Assembly: GCA_964016885.1 (NCBI GenBank)
Contig: OZ024751.1
Coordinates: 46,624,001 to 46,688,000 of the forward strand
Reading direction: 5' to 3'
Source: Eledone cirrhosa
Taxonomy: Eukaryota
DNA length: 64,000 bases
Both the position numbers and the translations under genes were made by a program. Shown here in pieces: positions 1-11,235 of the stretch. The notes under the pieces are model-generated. The model ran no database searches. It was not told the origin of the DNA and saw nothing but the letters and a program-made list of their open reading frames with translations. How positions within the stretch are numbered: the first letter of the stretch is position 1; each line of letters opens with the position of its first letter.

Positions 1-465
1 TTGATGTTGATGTTGGTGTTGTTGGTGGTAGTGTTGGCGGTGGTGGTTCTGTTGGTGTTGGTGGTGGTGTTGGTGTTGGTGTTAGTGTTGGTGTTGATGT
101 TAGTGGTGATGTTGGTGTTGGTGGTGGTGTTAGTGTTGATGTTGGTGGTGGTGTTGGTGGTGGCGTTAATGTTGGTGGTTGTGTTGGTGGTGATGTTGGT
201 GTTGTTGGTGGTTGTGTTGGTGGTGATGTTAGTGTTGATGTTGGTGTTGATGTTGGTGTTGATGTTGGTGTTGGTGGTTGTGTTGGTGTTGATGTTAGTG
301 TTGGTGTTGGTGTTGATGGTGGTGTTGGTGGTGTTGGTGGTTGTGTTGGTGTTGGTGTTGGTGGTGGTGTTGGTGGTGTTGGTGGTGGTGTTGATGTTGG
401 TGGTTGTGTTGGTGTTGGTATTGGTATTGGTTTTAATATTGTTGTTGGTGTTGGTGTTGATGTTG
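1..465. repeat. (GGT/GTT/GAT)n degenerate trinucleotide microsatellite
   Basis: Directly visible; explains the Val/Leu ORF at 1..507. Confidence 0.95.
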
Positions 466-714
466 GTATATCCTATGTTCAAAGACATTCCAACCATGAA
501 AATCTAGTATTTTATGAAGACATAGTCTACCTAGGACTACATTATTCAATGTACTCTAGAGTCTAGAGTACATTGAATAATGTAGTCCTAGGTAGACTAT
601 GTCTTCATAAAATACTAGATTTTCATGGTTGGAATGTCTTTGAACATAGGATATACCAACATCAACACCAACACCAACAACAATATTAAAACCAATACCA
701 ATACCAACACCAAC
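408..714. repeat. Perfect palindrome, 153-bp arms, 1-nt spacer at 561
   Basis: 408-560 is the reverse complement of 562-714; centre ctctaga-g-tctagag. Confidence 0.93.
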
Positions 715-1021
715 GTGATTCTCAACGTGGTCCAGGTGGACCACCGGTGGTCCACATTGCATTTCTAGTGGTCCACAGAGAATTCGTAGCCATAAAAAAA
801 TTGTAGCCATTTCACAAAAATGTAACTAATATAATATTTTGTTTAATTACACACATGTCCATTATATTTGAAAATTTCGAGTTCACAGCTCTGATACTAT
901 GGGTATGTGGTTAGAATGTCTCTAGCAGTTCTATTACAAAAGATTTAAAAGTTTAGGTGGTCCACAGGAAAAAATTACTTATTTTGGTGGTCCACAGCAA
1001 ACAAAAGGTTGAGAACCCCTG
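715..1021. mobile_element. Non-autonomous hAT (Charlie-like) MITE
   Basis: Ends gtgattctcaac and gttgagaacccctg (CAGgGgTTCTCAA-type TIR, left end clipped). Repeated subterminal ggtccac motifs. Right flank ctctagac fits the NTCTAGAN target preference. Confidence 0.7.
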
Positions 1022-1243
1022 CTCTAGACTATAATTCTTCCCTAAAATCAGAGACTTTGTAACTTTGTTAAAAATACGACATATTTTATAGTTATTTTAG
1101 TTGATGGTTGTTTTTTTAAAATTATTTATATTGTATAAAGTACCAGTCACGCACTGGGGTCGATTTAATCGACTTTCCCCTCCTCCCAAATTGTTGGCCT
1201 TGTGCCTATATAAGAAACCAATATTTATATTGTACTTATACAG

Positions 1244-1361
1244 GAAATTTCCATGATCTTCACTTTACTGGCCTCGGTGCTCCATATAACCAATATCTCC
1301 TTCTCCAAAGTCGAAGACACTGATTCTGTAACAATTGGCGACAAGACATCATTACATCACG
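1244..1361 (+). CDS. Unconventional myosin (class III-like) motor domain, exon 1 in window: EISMIFTLLASVLHITNISFSKVEDTDSVTIGDKTSLHH
   Basis: tatacag acceptor, gtaagg donor. Matches the myosin 'IFxxLAxILHLGNIxF' motif. Ends in phase 1, compatible with the next exon. Confidence 0.9.
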
Positions 1362-1715
1362 GTAAGGCTTTCTCTCCAGCCATCTTAGTTATTTATTTAT
1401 CTATTTATTTATTTATTTATTTATTTATTTATTATCTATTTATTTATTTATTTATTTATATATTTATTTATCATCTATTTATTTATTTATTTATTTATAT
1501 ATTTATTTATCATCTATTTATTTATTTATTTATTTATTTATTTATTATATATTTATTTACTTATATATATTTATTCATTTATGTTTGTCCAATGACGAGG
1601 TCCCATTGGTTTTTCAAGGGAGATAACGAAAGCATGCCCTCCCTTATGCAAGTTATAGGATTTCGGACACATTATGTAGCTTTAAAATAAATAACTAATG
1701 ATTATCACTATCTGT

Positions 1716-1784
1716 GAAGGCGCGTGGCTTAGGTGTTAGCGGTATTCGGCTCGCGATCGTTAGATCGTGAGTTAGATTCTCGGC
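1716..1784 (+). mobile_element. tRNA-derived SINE head fragment (second family)
   Basis: A-box-like tggcttaggtgttag and degenerate B-box gagttagattc; no complete cloverleaf. Confidence 0.5.
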
Positions 1785-1842
1785 TATATATTATCACTTT
1801 ATCGATTGCATTGTTTTGCACAATATTCCGTTACTTAGTTCT

Positions 1843-2137
1843 TATTTGTCTGATATTCTGTTATTCCTATACACCAGCATTCATATAATACAATGGGTTC
1901 GAATCTTTTTACCTTACTCTATTTGACTGATATTCTGTTATTCCTATACACCAATATTCATATAATACAATGGGTTCGAATCTTTTTACCTTAATCTATT
2001 TGTCTGATATTCTGTTATTCCTATACACCAGCATTCATATAATACAATGGGTTCGAATATTTTTACCTTACTCTATTTGTCTGATATTCTGTTATTCTTA
2101 TAAACCAACATTCATATAATTTAATGGGTTTGAATTT
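1843..2137. repeat. 77-bp tandem repeat, about 3.8 copies, abutting the 2151 acceptor
   Basis: Unit starts at 1843, 1920, 1997 and 2074. Confidence 0.92.
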
Positions 2138-2150
2138 CTTAATATTTCAG

Positions 2151-2222
2151 TTTGCAAACTGATGAGTTTAGAAGAGGATCCTTTCGAAGAGGCCCTGCTT
2201 ACTAATTTATCATTCACAAGAG
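2151..2222 (+). CDS. Myosin motor exon: (V)CKLMSLEEDPFEEALLTNLSFTR
   Basis: tttcag acceptor, gtaagt donor, 72 nt, phase 1-1. Matches myosin 'vAxLLgvdxxxLxxALt....TRGE'. Confidence 0.9.
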
Positions 2223-2229
2223 GTAAGTA

Positions 2230-2315
<86 letters not shown>

Positions 2316-2828
2316 ATATTTGGGGAGGGTCATATTTGCGTAATATTGCCAGAATTAATAACGGAACACACTCACTGTTTGGTTGGTTTTCGCTTCTCGC
2401 TGTCTTTTATATCTGCGATCTAACTTACTCGGTCCTCAATGTTGCCATTGACTGACCGACGGTCAAAAATAATACAGATACAATATAGACACAAACACAT
2501 ATATATAGTTTACATAATTTACATAAATCTTTCATTGCACATCTGCAACATCGTCAGTGGTGTTATATTCTTTGTTCCTCCTGTTGTGTTGTATGTCTAC
2601 GCCATTTTTTTTTATTCAGTCTGTCTATATATTTATTTATTTATTTGCTTGTTTGTTTATCTTATTTTATTTTGTCTTCTTTGCGCATGCGTTTGCGCGT
2701 GTGTATAGTGTTATGTGTGCTGTGTGACTAGTGTGTATAGTGTTGTGTCTGCTGGGTGACTAGTGTGTGTTTATGTGCTTGTTGTTATTGTGCTTGTGTA
2801 TGTATTTATTTATCTTATTTTATTTTAT

Positions 2829-2880
<52 letters not shown>

Positions 2881-3173
2881 AAAACAAATAACGAAACGAA
2901 ATTAAACTTCGTTTCGTTTGTAACTCACTTTTGTATGACTGACGCTTAAACAATTAAGTTAAAGATGTACATCCATATATGTATACTGAAATACTAGTAT
3001 GTATATGAATACACACACGTATACATATGTAGATGTACCAAGTTTTTTCACTGGTCACTTTACTGTGAGTGGCCAGCTATTCTGTATGTAAACACACAGA
3101 CAAACCGGTTTTTAGAGTCATACTGGTTTTTGAGGAAACACCTTTCCTCTATTCTCCAGAAAGCCAGACAAGG

Positions 3174-3218
3174 AATATTGAACTAGTTTCGTTGTTGTTA
3201 CAACTCATCAGCAATATT
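3174..3218 (-). ncRNA. Minimal type I hammerhead ribozyme (inverted copy)
   Basis: Exact reverse complement of 3594-3638. Confidence 0.8.
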
Positions 3219-3593
3219 TACCTATCTTCCGGCCTCTCTAGAGAATCGTAAAAGCACATATCGTTATATGCTTTTTCTATGAAAATTAGTAGTGGGCAGA
3301 CTAATTTGCATAGAGTGTGAGTAAGTACCGGTTCAACGGAGACGATAAAAACAAATAACGAAACGAAATTAAACTTCGTTTCGTTTGTAACTCACTTTTG
3401 TATGACTGACGCTTAAACAATTAAGTTAAAGATGTACATCCATATATGTATACTGAAATACTAGTATGTATATGAATACACATACTCATACTCACACTCT
3501 ATGCAAATTAGTCTGCCCACTACTAATTTTCATAGAAAAAGCATATAACGATATGTGCTTTTACGATTCTCTAGAGAGGCCGGAAGATAGGTA

Positions 3594-3638
3594 AATATTG
3601 CTGATGAGTTGTAACAACAACGAAACTAGTTCAATATT
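3594..3638 (+). ncRNA. Minimal type I hammerhead ribozyme
   Basis: AAUAUUG-CUGAUGA-GUUG(uaacaa)CAAC-GAAA-CUAG-UU-CAAUAUU. 7-bp stem I, 4-bp stem II, palindromic stem III region AACUAGUU, GUU cleavage triplet. Confidence 0.82.
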
Positions 3639-4060
3639 CCTTGTCTGGCTTTCTGGAGAATAGAGGAAAGGTGTTTCCTCAAAAACCAGTATGACTCTAA
3701 AAACCGGTTTGTCTGTGTGTTTACATACAGAATAGCTGGCCACTCACAGTAAAGTGACCAGTGAAAAAACTTGGTACATCTACATATGTATACGTGTGTG
3801 TATTCATATACATACTAGTATTTCAGTATACATATATGGATGTACATCTTTAACTTAATTGTTTAAGCGTCAGTCATACAAAAGTGAGTTACAAACGAAA
3901 CGAAGTTTAATTTCGTTTCGTTATTTGTTTTTATCGTCTCCGTTGAACCGGTACTTACTCACACTCTATGCAAATTAGTCTGCCCACTACTAATTTTCAT
4001 AGAAAAAGCATATAACGATATGTGCTTTTACGATTCTCTAGAGAGGCCGGAAGATAGGTA

Positions 4061-4105
4061 AATATTGCTGATGAGTTGTAACAACAACGAAACTAGTTCA
4101 ATATT
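4061..4105 (+). ncRNA. Minimal type I hammerhead ribozyme (tandem copy, +467)
   Basis: Identical to 3594-3638. Confidence 0.82.
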
Positions 4106-4342
4106 CCTTGTCTGGCTTTCTGGAGAATAGAGGAAAGGTGTTTCCTCAAAAACCAGTATGACTCTAAAAACCGGTTTGTCTGTGTGTTTACATACAGAAT
4201 AGCTGGCCACTCACAGTAAAGTGACCAGTGAAAAAACTTGGTACATCTACATATGTATACGTGTGTGTATTCATATACATACTAGTATTTCAGTATACAT
4301 ATATGGATGTACATCTTTAACTTAATTGTTTATATTTATATA

Positions 4343-4405
<63 letters not shown>

Positions 4406-4470
4406 TTATTTAATATCTGTTTCGACACACGATTTCATATAAAAAACCTCGCTAAACTAATTCATCGCCG

Positions 4471-4523
<53 letters not shown>

Positions 4524-4700
4524 TGTCTCATTCTCAGTCTTTTACTCTTTCTCCCCCACTCCCTCCACACCTCTCTCTCTCTCTATATATATATATTCAT
4601 TTATAAATATAAATAATATATATATATGTATATATATATGTATATATATATATATGTACACATACACACACACACACACAAATATATATATATATTTACG

Positions 4701-4775
<75 letters not shown>

Positions 4776-4851
4776 ACATATATATATAATATATATATAT
4801 ATATACAATGATATTAAATAAATGGAAACTATATTTATAAAACCATATTTA

Positions 4852-4909
4852 TTCTATTATATATATTTCAAGGGTACCAAACATTTTGGTACGCTATCAT
4901 CAGATAAAA
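4852..4909 (-). ncRNA. Minimal type I hammerhead ribozyme (family shared with 51594)
   Basis: UUUUAU-CUGAUGA-uagcGUACCAAA(aug)UUUGGUACccuu-GAAA-UAUAUA-UA-AUAGAA. Confidence 0.75.
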
Positions 4910-5166
4910 TACGAAGTGTGTTTTATAAATTTTGACATAACCAAGGAGAATATACCTTAACGGTTCAAGTTATCCTTATATATATATATGTATATATATA
5001 TGTATATATATATGTATATATATATGTATATATGTATATATATATGTATATATGTATATATATATGTATATATGTATAAATATATGTATATATGTATATA
5101 TATATGTATATATATATGTATATATATATGTATATATATATGTATATATATATGTATATATATATG

Positions 5167-5255
5167 TTGGAGATGCAGGATATGGCAGCGATAATGAGGG
5201 ACAGAGACCGCTGGAGAGAACTCGTCCATGGATCTCGGGAATTTTACCCGCCTTA
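5167..5255 (+). mobile_element. Short RTE-like LINE 3' fragment
   Basis: Translates [28 protein letters not shown], resembling the 'AxDRxxWR' C-terminus of RTE-type ORFs; followed by a short tagata repeat. Confidence 0.5.
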
Positions 5256-5321
5256 GATAGATATGTATATAGATATAGATAGGTAAATATACACGGGTGT
5301 GTATGATTGTGTATAGAAGAT

Positions 5322-5729
5322 TATATTAATAAGAGGAATTCCAACTTTGTCTGATTTACTCGTTTTATTTACAATCCTTTAAAATATATATAATATGGTA
5401 TTATAATGAAATAGTATGATAGAATATTAAATTCTAAGTGTTAATTGAACAAGTACTTTCATGCTTTCGCAATCTTCAGGTTCATGATATGTGGTGACAG
5501 TCGAGTTTGCAATTTTCAACTGTTGAAAATTTTCAACAGTTGAAAATTGCAAACTCGACTGTCACCACATATCATGAACCTGAAGATTGCGAAAGCATGA
5601 AAGTACTTGTTCAATTAACACTTAGAATTTAATATTCTATCATACTATTTCATTATAATACCATATTATATATATTTTAAAGGATTGTAAATAAAACGAG
5701 TAAATCAGACAAAGTTGGAATTCCTCTTA

Positions 5730-5737
<8 letters not shown>
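5322..5737. repeat. Perfect palindrome, 208-bp arms, no spacer, one HHR per arm
   Basis: Centre gaaaa|ttttc at 5529/5530; right end runs into (TA)n. Confidence 0.93.
5575..5613 (+). ncRNA. Minimal type I hammerhead ribozyme (mirror copy on - strand at 5446-5484)
   Basis: UGAAC-CUGAAGA-uUGC(gaaa)GCAu-GAAA-GUAC-UU-GUUCA. Palindromic AAGUACUU, CUU triplet. Confidence 0.78.
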
Positions 5738-5765
<28 letters not shown>

Positions 5766-5766
<1 letters not shown>

Positions 5767-5946
5767 GTTATTCCGGATTGAATCGGAGGTAACCACAGTA
5801 AGTAAGGTACTCAATATATTGCAGAGTATATAAGTTTTAATATAGATGACATTCTACAGGACTAGAACTGTTTCATTCTTTAGAAATCATCAGGAATCCC
5901 TGATGATTTCTAAAGAATGAAATAGTGCTAGTCCTGTAGAATCTCA

Positions 5947-5950
<4 letters not shown>
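5766..5950. mobile_element. Short dispersed element ending in a fold-back hairpin with CUGAUGA...GAAAC cores (other copies 27688-27850, 60637-60828; fragment 25433-25460)
   Basis: Shared 'aatcggaggtaaccacagtaagtaaggtactcaata' and 'ttctacaggactagaactgtttcattc...tcatcagg / cctgatga...gaatgaaacagttctagtcctgtagaa'. Flanked by TA or CA repeats. Confidence 0.65.
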
Positions 5951-5987
<37 letters not shown>

Positions 5988-6036
5988 TCCACCACTCCCC
6001 TACACACCCTTTGAACTCTCTTCCCACACACTTTTC

Positions 6037-6069
6037 ACCTGAAGAAGGGCTTCTGCCCGAAACGTCGTT
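6037..6069 (+). ncRNA. HHR-like motif of Penelope-like type
   Basis: CUGAAGAA-GGGC(uucu)GCCC-GAAACGUC; stem I only 2 bp. Followed by aataaa, a T-rich tail and (TA)n. Confidence 0.55.
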
Positions 6070-6153
6070 CCCCACTACCACCCCAGTCTCAAGAGCGTGA
6101 AATTAATAAACCTTTGTTCGTACTGCCTCTCTGTTTTGTTCCCGTTCAATTTT

Positions 6154-6219
<66 letters not shown>

Positions 6220-6345
6220 TATTATGTATTTATTGCCTTCTTGTGGCTCTTGCAATAAAGATGTTAAGATCAACTTAACTACTATAATCATGATTACGAT
6301 GACGACGTTGATGATGATGATGTTGATGATGATGATGATAATGAC

Positions 6346-6385
<40 letters not shown>

Positions 6386-6488
6386 GTGGTAATCTTGATG
6401 ATGATGATGATGTTGAAGATGATGATGATTCTGATAATGTATTAGTCAATAATAGAATTTAATTGAGTGTCGTTTCTCCTGGCATTAG

Positions 6489-6627
6489 ACGAACGGGTGA
6501 TCAAGAACAAGACCCTATACGAAGCTACAGACGGACGTGATGCCTTAGCTAAAGCCCTCTATGCCAGACTCTTTGGTTGGATTGTACGTCAAGTAAACGT
6601 CCGCTTGGGGGCGCTCATTCAATACAA
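6489..6627 (+). CDS. Myosin motor exon: (D)ERVIKNKTLYEATDGRDALAKALYARLFGWIVRQVNVRLGALIQY
   Basis: cattag acceptor, gtaagt donor, phase 1-2. Contains the hallmark RDALAKALYxRLFxWIV motif. Not in the ORF track. Confidence 0.95.
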
Positions 6628-6765
6628 GTAAGTCTAATGGTTGGATTGTACGTCAAGTAAACGTCCGCTTGGGGGCGCTCATTCAATACAAGTAAGTCTA
6701 ATGGTTGGATTGTACGTCAAGTAAACGCCCGCTTGGGGGCGCTCATTCAATACAAGTAAGTCTAA
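6574..6765 (+). repeat. 64-bp unit x3 comprising the 3' end of the myosin exon and its splice donor
   Basis: Unit tggttggattg...tacaagtaagtctaa at 6574, 6638 and 6702; one substitution in copy 3. Confidence 0.95.
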
Positions 6766-7100
6766 AATATTTCTGAAAGTGTTGCTTATTTTTCTGCTCG
6801 TTAAATTCTATTTCTCTGTCATCTTTTTACAAATCCTGGAATGTTAGGTACTTAACATTACACCTTATTAAACTCTTAGCATTTACTTTACTCTATATTT
6901 CCTATTGTGTTTTCATGGTAAAGTCTTTACCGCACATAATAATCTCACATAATATTGAATCTATGAGATTTTAATATTATTTATTTTGAGAACAATACCT
7001 TAACATAAGTATGAGCAGCCGGTTATGGCCGGTTTGAACAGAAAGAGGTGAGAGAATTCTCATTGGCCGGATATGGTCGGTTTAAATTCTAGAGGGTTAA

Positions 7101-7680
7101 GGGCGGTAGATTGGTAGAATCGTTAGAATATCCGATGAAATACCTTATAGTATATACGTATGTCCCTGTACTTTCCGATTTCAAATGCCGTCGAGGTTAA
7201 CTTTGCCTTTCATCCTTACTGGATCGATAAAATAAAGTACCAGTAACGCACTAGGGTGATTTAGTTGACTTTTTCTCTCCTCCCAAATTGTTGGCCTTGT
7301 GTTTAAATCAGGAACCATTATTTAAGGGCAGTGGATTGGCAGAATCGGTAGAGCGTCGGACAACATGCTTTGAGACATATAGTTACTGTCCTTTACGTTC
7401 GGAATTCAGTTCTCACAAAGGTTAGCTTTTTCTTACATCATTACAGGGTGGATAAAATAAAATACCAGTAACACACTGGGGTCGATTTAATCAACTTTTC
7501 CCTCCTCAAAAATGATTGGCTAAATAAGAAATCATTATTATCATAACGCTTGCCATTCTGAGTTCAAATCCCGTCGAGGTTAACTTTGCCTTTCATCCTT
7601 ACGGGGTCGATAAAATAAAGTACCTGTAATGCACTGGATAATTGCTGGCCTTGTGCCAAAAGTAGAAACAATTATTATCA
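7101..7680 (+). mobile_element. Tandem cluster of three tRNA-derived SINEs (dominant family)
   Basis: A-box tggcagaatcggtag, B-box gagttcaaat, core aactttgcctttcatccttacggggtcgataaaataaagtaccagt, tail ttgtgccaaaagtagaaacaattatt. The core resembles Nin/Deu-type SINE domains (from recall). Confidence 0.85.
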
Positions 7681-7712
7681 TAACGCTTGTTTTTTTTTGT
7701 TTTGATTGGCAG

Positions 7713-7938
7713 AGAGAAAGATTTGTCAGCTGTAGCCATTTTGGATATGTCTGGATTCGAAAATACCCAAGTGAACAGTTTCGAGCAGTTGTGTATCAAT
7801 GTAGCCAATGAACAGCTTCAGTCACACTTCAACGATCACGTGTTCGTCTTTGAACAGCAGCAGTATAAAAAGGAACGTATTCCATGGAGAGACATTGATT
7901 TCCAGAATAACGATGACATGCTGGAAATGTTTCTAGCG
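7713..7938 (+). CDS. Myosin motor exon with switch II and relay helix: EKDLSAVAILDMSGFENTQVNSFEQLCINVANEQLQSHFNDHVFVFEQQQYKKERIPWRDIDFQNNDDMLEMFLA
   Basis: T-rich tract with ggcag acceptor, gtaagt donor, phase 2-0. DxxGFE and NSFEQLCINxANEQLQ motifs. Confidence 0.97.
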
Positions 7939-8078
7939 GTAAGTATATTACTATGTATGTATGTATGTATGTATGTATGTATGTATGTATGTATGTATGT
8001 ATGCATGTATGCATGTATGTATGTATGTATGTATGCATGTATGTATGTATGTATGTATGTATGTATGTATGTATGTAT

Positions 8079-10290
8079 CTTATCTCTTTCTCTTAATTTC
8101 GAGTATATTTTTTTGACCGGCCACCTTCCTGGTGGCAAGGTTGTAAAAGAAAAGAAATTGTCATCCCTTGAATCGCAAGAATGTTTTGCAAATTTTGAAG
8201 GTGCCAGCTATCGTAGCCATTTGTAGACTATGAATTAGGGAGCTGCGCTCTTTGTCCGCAAATCCAAGTTCAGTCATACTTTGGTCCAAGCGGGTTGGTA
8301 TATAACCTGTAGCTCCAATAATGACTGGTATGAAGCTAAAGGTGTACCTTGGATACTGGATTTGTAAACTCCTCATCAATGGTCCGTAGATGTCCTCCTT
8401 CTCCTGTATTTTTCTGACAACGTTTACATCAAGTGGGCAGCTGATCTCCACAACAGAACACGTTTTCAATGTGTGGTCCCAAACTACAATATCAGGCCGG
8501 TTGTGCTTTAATTTGGTGGCAGTTTTTATTTTCAGGTTCCACCAGTATTCCTTAGTGCCATTTGTCTCAATATATTCTTCCTCGTTTGTTGTTAATTTTG
8601 TTTTCCGAAGTGCGTTCCAGATAGTTCTAGCTATCCCATCGTGTCTCATGGGGAGGTAGTAGCGAGATGACATTCTTTCGCAGCTGGCAACAATGTGGCT
8701 TACATCCTCGATCTTTGTTTTACATAGCCTACATTTATTGTCAGCTGCTGGCCCTCCTCTTTTGTGCAGCAGATATTTGGTAGGGAGTTCTTGTTCCTGT
8801 ATTGCATAGAGATATCCCTCAAGGTGTGATGTCATAAACTTGTCGGAACTCCATGCCAGGCTTTTTGAGTGGTTTATCCCCTCTATGGTCTGTGTTTTAC
8901 GCCTCAAATATCCATGCACAACCTTTTCTGTAAATTGGTCAATTTTTTTAATCCTGTTTGAACATTGAATAGGATCTTCCGATTTCTCTGGGTGAGAGAT
9001 TTATATCAGGCTTTATTCCATATCTCTCCTCCAGATCAGTCGCTATTCTAATGATATTTCTTTTTCCATGCTCATAAACCTGGGCAAGATGGTTGCCAAC
9101 CTTTTTCCTCTGTTGAAGGTGTTGCTTCAGTGTTACTATCCGAGTCTCATATGTTGTTAATATTGATTTTAGACCCCGGCCACCTTCCTTGCGTGAGAAG
9201 TATAGCCTATCCACATCACCATTGATGTTAAAGTTCCCAGTAACACTGAGAAGTTTTCGAGTTCTAACATCCATCTCACTTAGTTCTTGCAATGACCAGT
9301 TCAGTAGGCCAAATGTTGGCGTTAGAATTGGCACAGCATAAGTATTGTGGGCAATGTATTTGTTGTATGCTGACAGTTCTGATGACCATATTTTCTTTAC
9401 TCTTCTGAGGTATTCAGCTCTGGTTCTCTCCTTATTTATGGGTCCATCATATCTGACATTCTCATCCTGTCCAAGATATCTGTAGTTGTCCCCTGACTGC
9501 AGAGGTTGTATTGTCAGGCCGTTCATCTCTAGATTTCTAGAGGAGGGCACAGCTCTTCCACGCTTTACTGCCAAATATGCACACTTGGACTCACCAAATT
9601 TCATTTTGATGTCGGTTGAAAATTGTGTAATGAGGTCCAATTGTTTCTTGATGTCATTGATATTTGGCCCATACAACTTCAGGTCATCAACAAAGAAAAG
9701 ATGGGAGATACTTCTGGGCCCACTTCTTTGTCCACCTTGTTTCCTGAGTAGGTAAGGTAGTGGATTCAGTGAGAGAACGAAGAGTAGCACTGACAAGCTA
9801 TCACCCTGAAAGATGCCCTTCTGGTAATGAATCTTATCAGTCTTAACCTGCTCCTTCTCACCTCTAAGGATCAAATTGGTGTACCAGTTCTTGGTCAGGC
9901 GTTCAACAGCAGCTACCAATGGTTGTGGGACTTTAGCTAACTGTAACGCCTTAATAATCCACCCATGAGGTACACTATCAAATGCTTTTTGATAGTCCAG
10001 CCACACGACAGTCATGTTTCTGCGATTCTTTGTTGTTTTTTCCTGAATCATTTTGTTAGTTAGTAGGTGATCTATGCAACCCCACACCTCCCTCTTTCCA
10101 CCAGCTTGCTCAGGTGTTATGATGTTGTTGGTAGCACAGTGATCCTGTAAGAACAGGTTAAGGCACCCAGTATATAATTTATACATGATGTTTTGGCAGG
10201 CAATTGGACGGTAATTTTTAGCAAGGGTGGTTTGGCTATTTTTGGGAATGAGGAGAGTAGTGGCAGTTGATAACCATCTGGGCAGTTCTT
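8079..10290 (-). mobile_element. 5'-truncated RLE-type non-LTR retrotransposon (R4/Dong-like): RT, CCHC knuckle, restriction-like endonuclease; one frameshift
   Basis: NYRPIAC, WLDYQKAFDSVPH, GIFQGDSLS, HLFFVDDLKLY, YRYLG, RKEGGRGL (8948-10186). CRLC..H....C, RHD, NRPDIVVWD...VEISCP (8161-8919). Frame change near the T-run at 8943-8949. (TATG)n on both sides. Confidence 0.92.
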
Positions 10291-10355
10291 GTGTGTATGT
10301 ATGTATGTATGTATGTATGTATGTATGTATGTATGTATGTATGTATGTATGTATT

Positions 10356-10766
10356 CCGGGAGAGATGACCCCTTAGCCTTTGTCAAGGCAGAATTCTAGG
10401 AGAAGGAAGACTCTGATATAACACCTGCAACCCTTATGGTATCCAATGATGTTGACTTGTTCTTCTTTTTGGTAAATATCATCTTGGTTAAGAGAGTGGG
10501 ACTGGCTTTGTGCAGTGCCTTTGCTCACTATAAAAGCTTCACGACACAGGCATTGCTTTATATCTGCAGATCTCTCTGCACTTGTTGTCACATGGTACCA
10601 TGGGCCCAGCACTATGTGTCAATAATTGTCACAAGTGTAGTGTTTGTACCAGAGTGTTCAAGTCGCTGGCTGGACTAAAAGGTCACACTTGTTCAACGCA
10701 TCGGTAGGGGTTCTCCTACATGGATATAAAGTAGTGGCCGTACTCGAAAACGAGTTGGCAGCTACC
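10356..10766 (+). mobile_element. Non-autonomous RTE-derived element, 5'-truncated copy
   Basis: Near-identical to the 3' two-thirds of 32974-33575; (TATG)n tail. Confidence 0.8.
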
Positions 10767-10832
10767 ATGTATGTATGTATGTATGTATGTATGTATGTAT
10801 GTATGTATGTATGTATGTATGTATGTATGTAT

Positions 10833-11235
10833 CTTATCTCTTTCTCTTAATTTCGAGTATATTTTTTTGACCGGCCACCTTCCTGGTGGCAAGGTTGTAA
10901 AAGAAAAGAAATTGTCATCCCTTGAATCGCAAGAATGTTTTGCAAATTTTGAAGGTGCCAGCTATCGTAGCCATTTGTAGACTATGAACTAGGGAGTTGC
11001 GCTCTTTGTCCGCAAATCCAAGTTCAGTCATACTTTGGTCCAAGCGGGTTGGTATATAACCCGTAGCTCCAATAATGATTGGTATGAAGCTAAAGGTGTA
11101 CCTTGGATACTGGATTTGTAAACTCCTCATCAATGGCCCGTAGATGTCCTCCTTCTCCTGTATTTTTCTGACAACGTTTACAACAAGTGGGCAGCTGATC
11201 TCCACAACAGAACGCGTTTACAATGTCTGGTCCCA
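10833..11235 (-). mobile_element. 3' fragment of the R4-like element (endonuclease C-terminus and 3' UTR)
   Basis: Near-identical to 8079-8481; (TATG)n on both sides. Confidence 0.92.

Larger units (their letters stand above)
2878..4330. mobile_element. 467-bp HHR-bearing unit in tandem plus inverted arrangement (Penelope pLTR or retrozyme-like), flanked by (TA)n
   Basis: About 1.3 copies in one orientation (2878-3483) and about 1.8 inverted (3489-4330). Period 467 (2881/3348; ORFs 3561/4028). One hammerhead per full unit. Confidence 0.8.

Noticed and set aside
500-620. Hammerhead within the first palindrome (atgaaga plus a tagtc/gacta stem)
   Set aside because: Lacks the CUGA start and a downstream GAAA.
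3069-4210. Three identical 60-aa ORFs
   Set aside because: By-product of the 467-bp repeat; non-ATG start, antisense to the HHR, no recognisable motif.
10373-10678. Recurrent 79-80 aa ORFs in the RTE-derived element
   Set aside because: They recur only because the element is repeated; the meaningful frame is the short C2H2 remnant.
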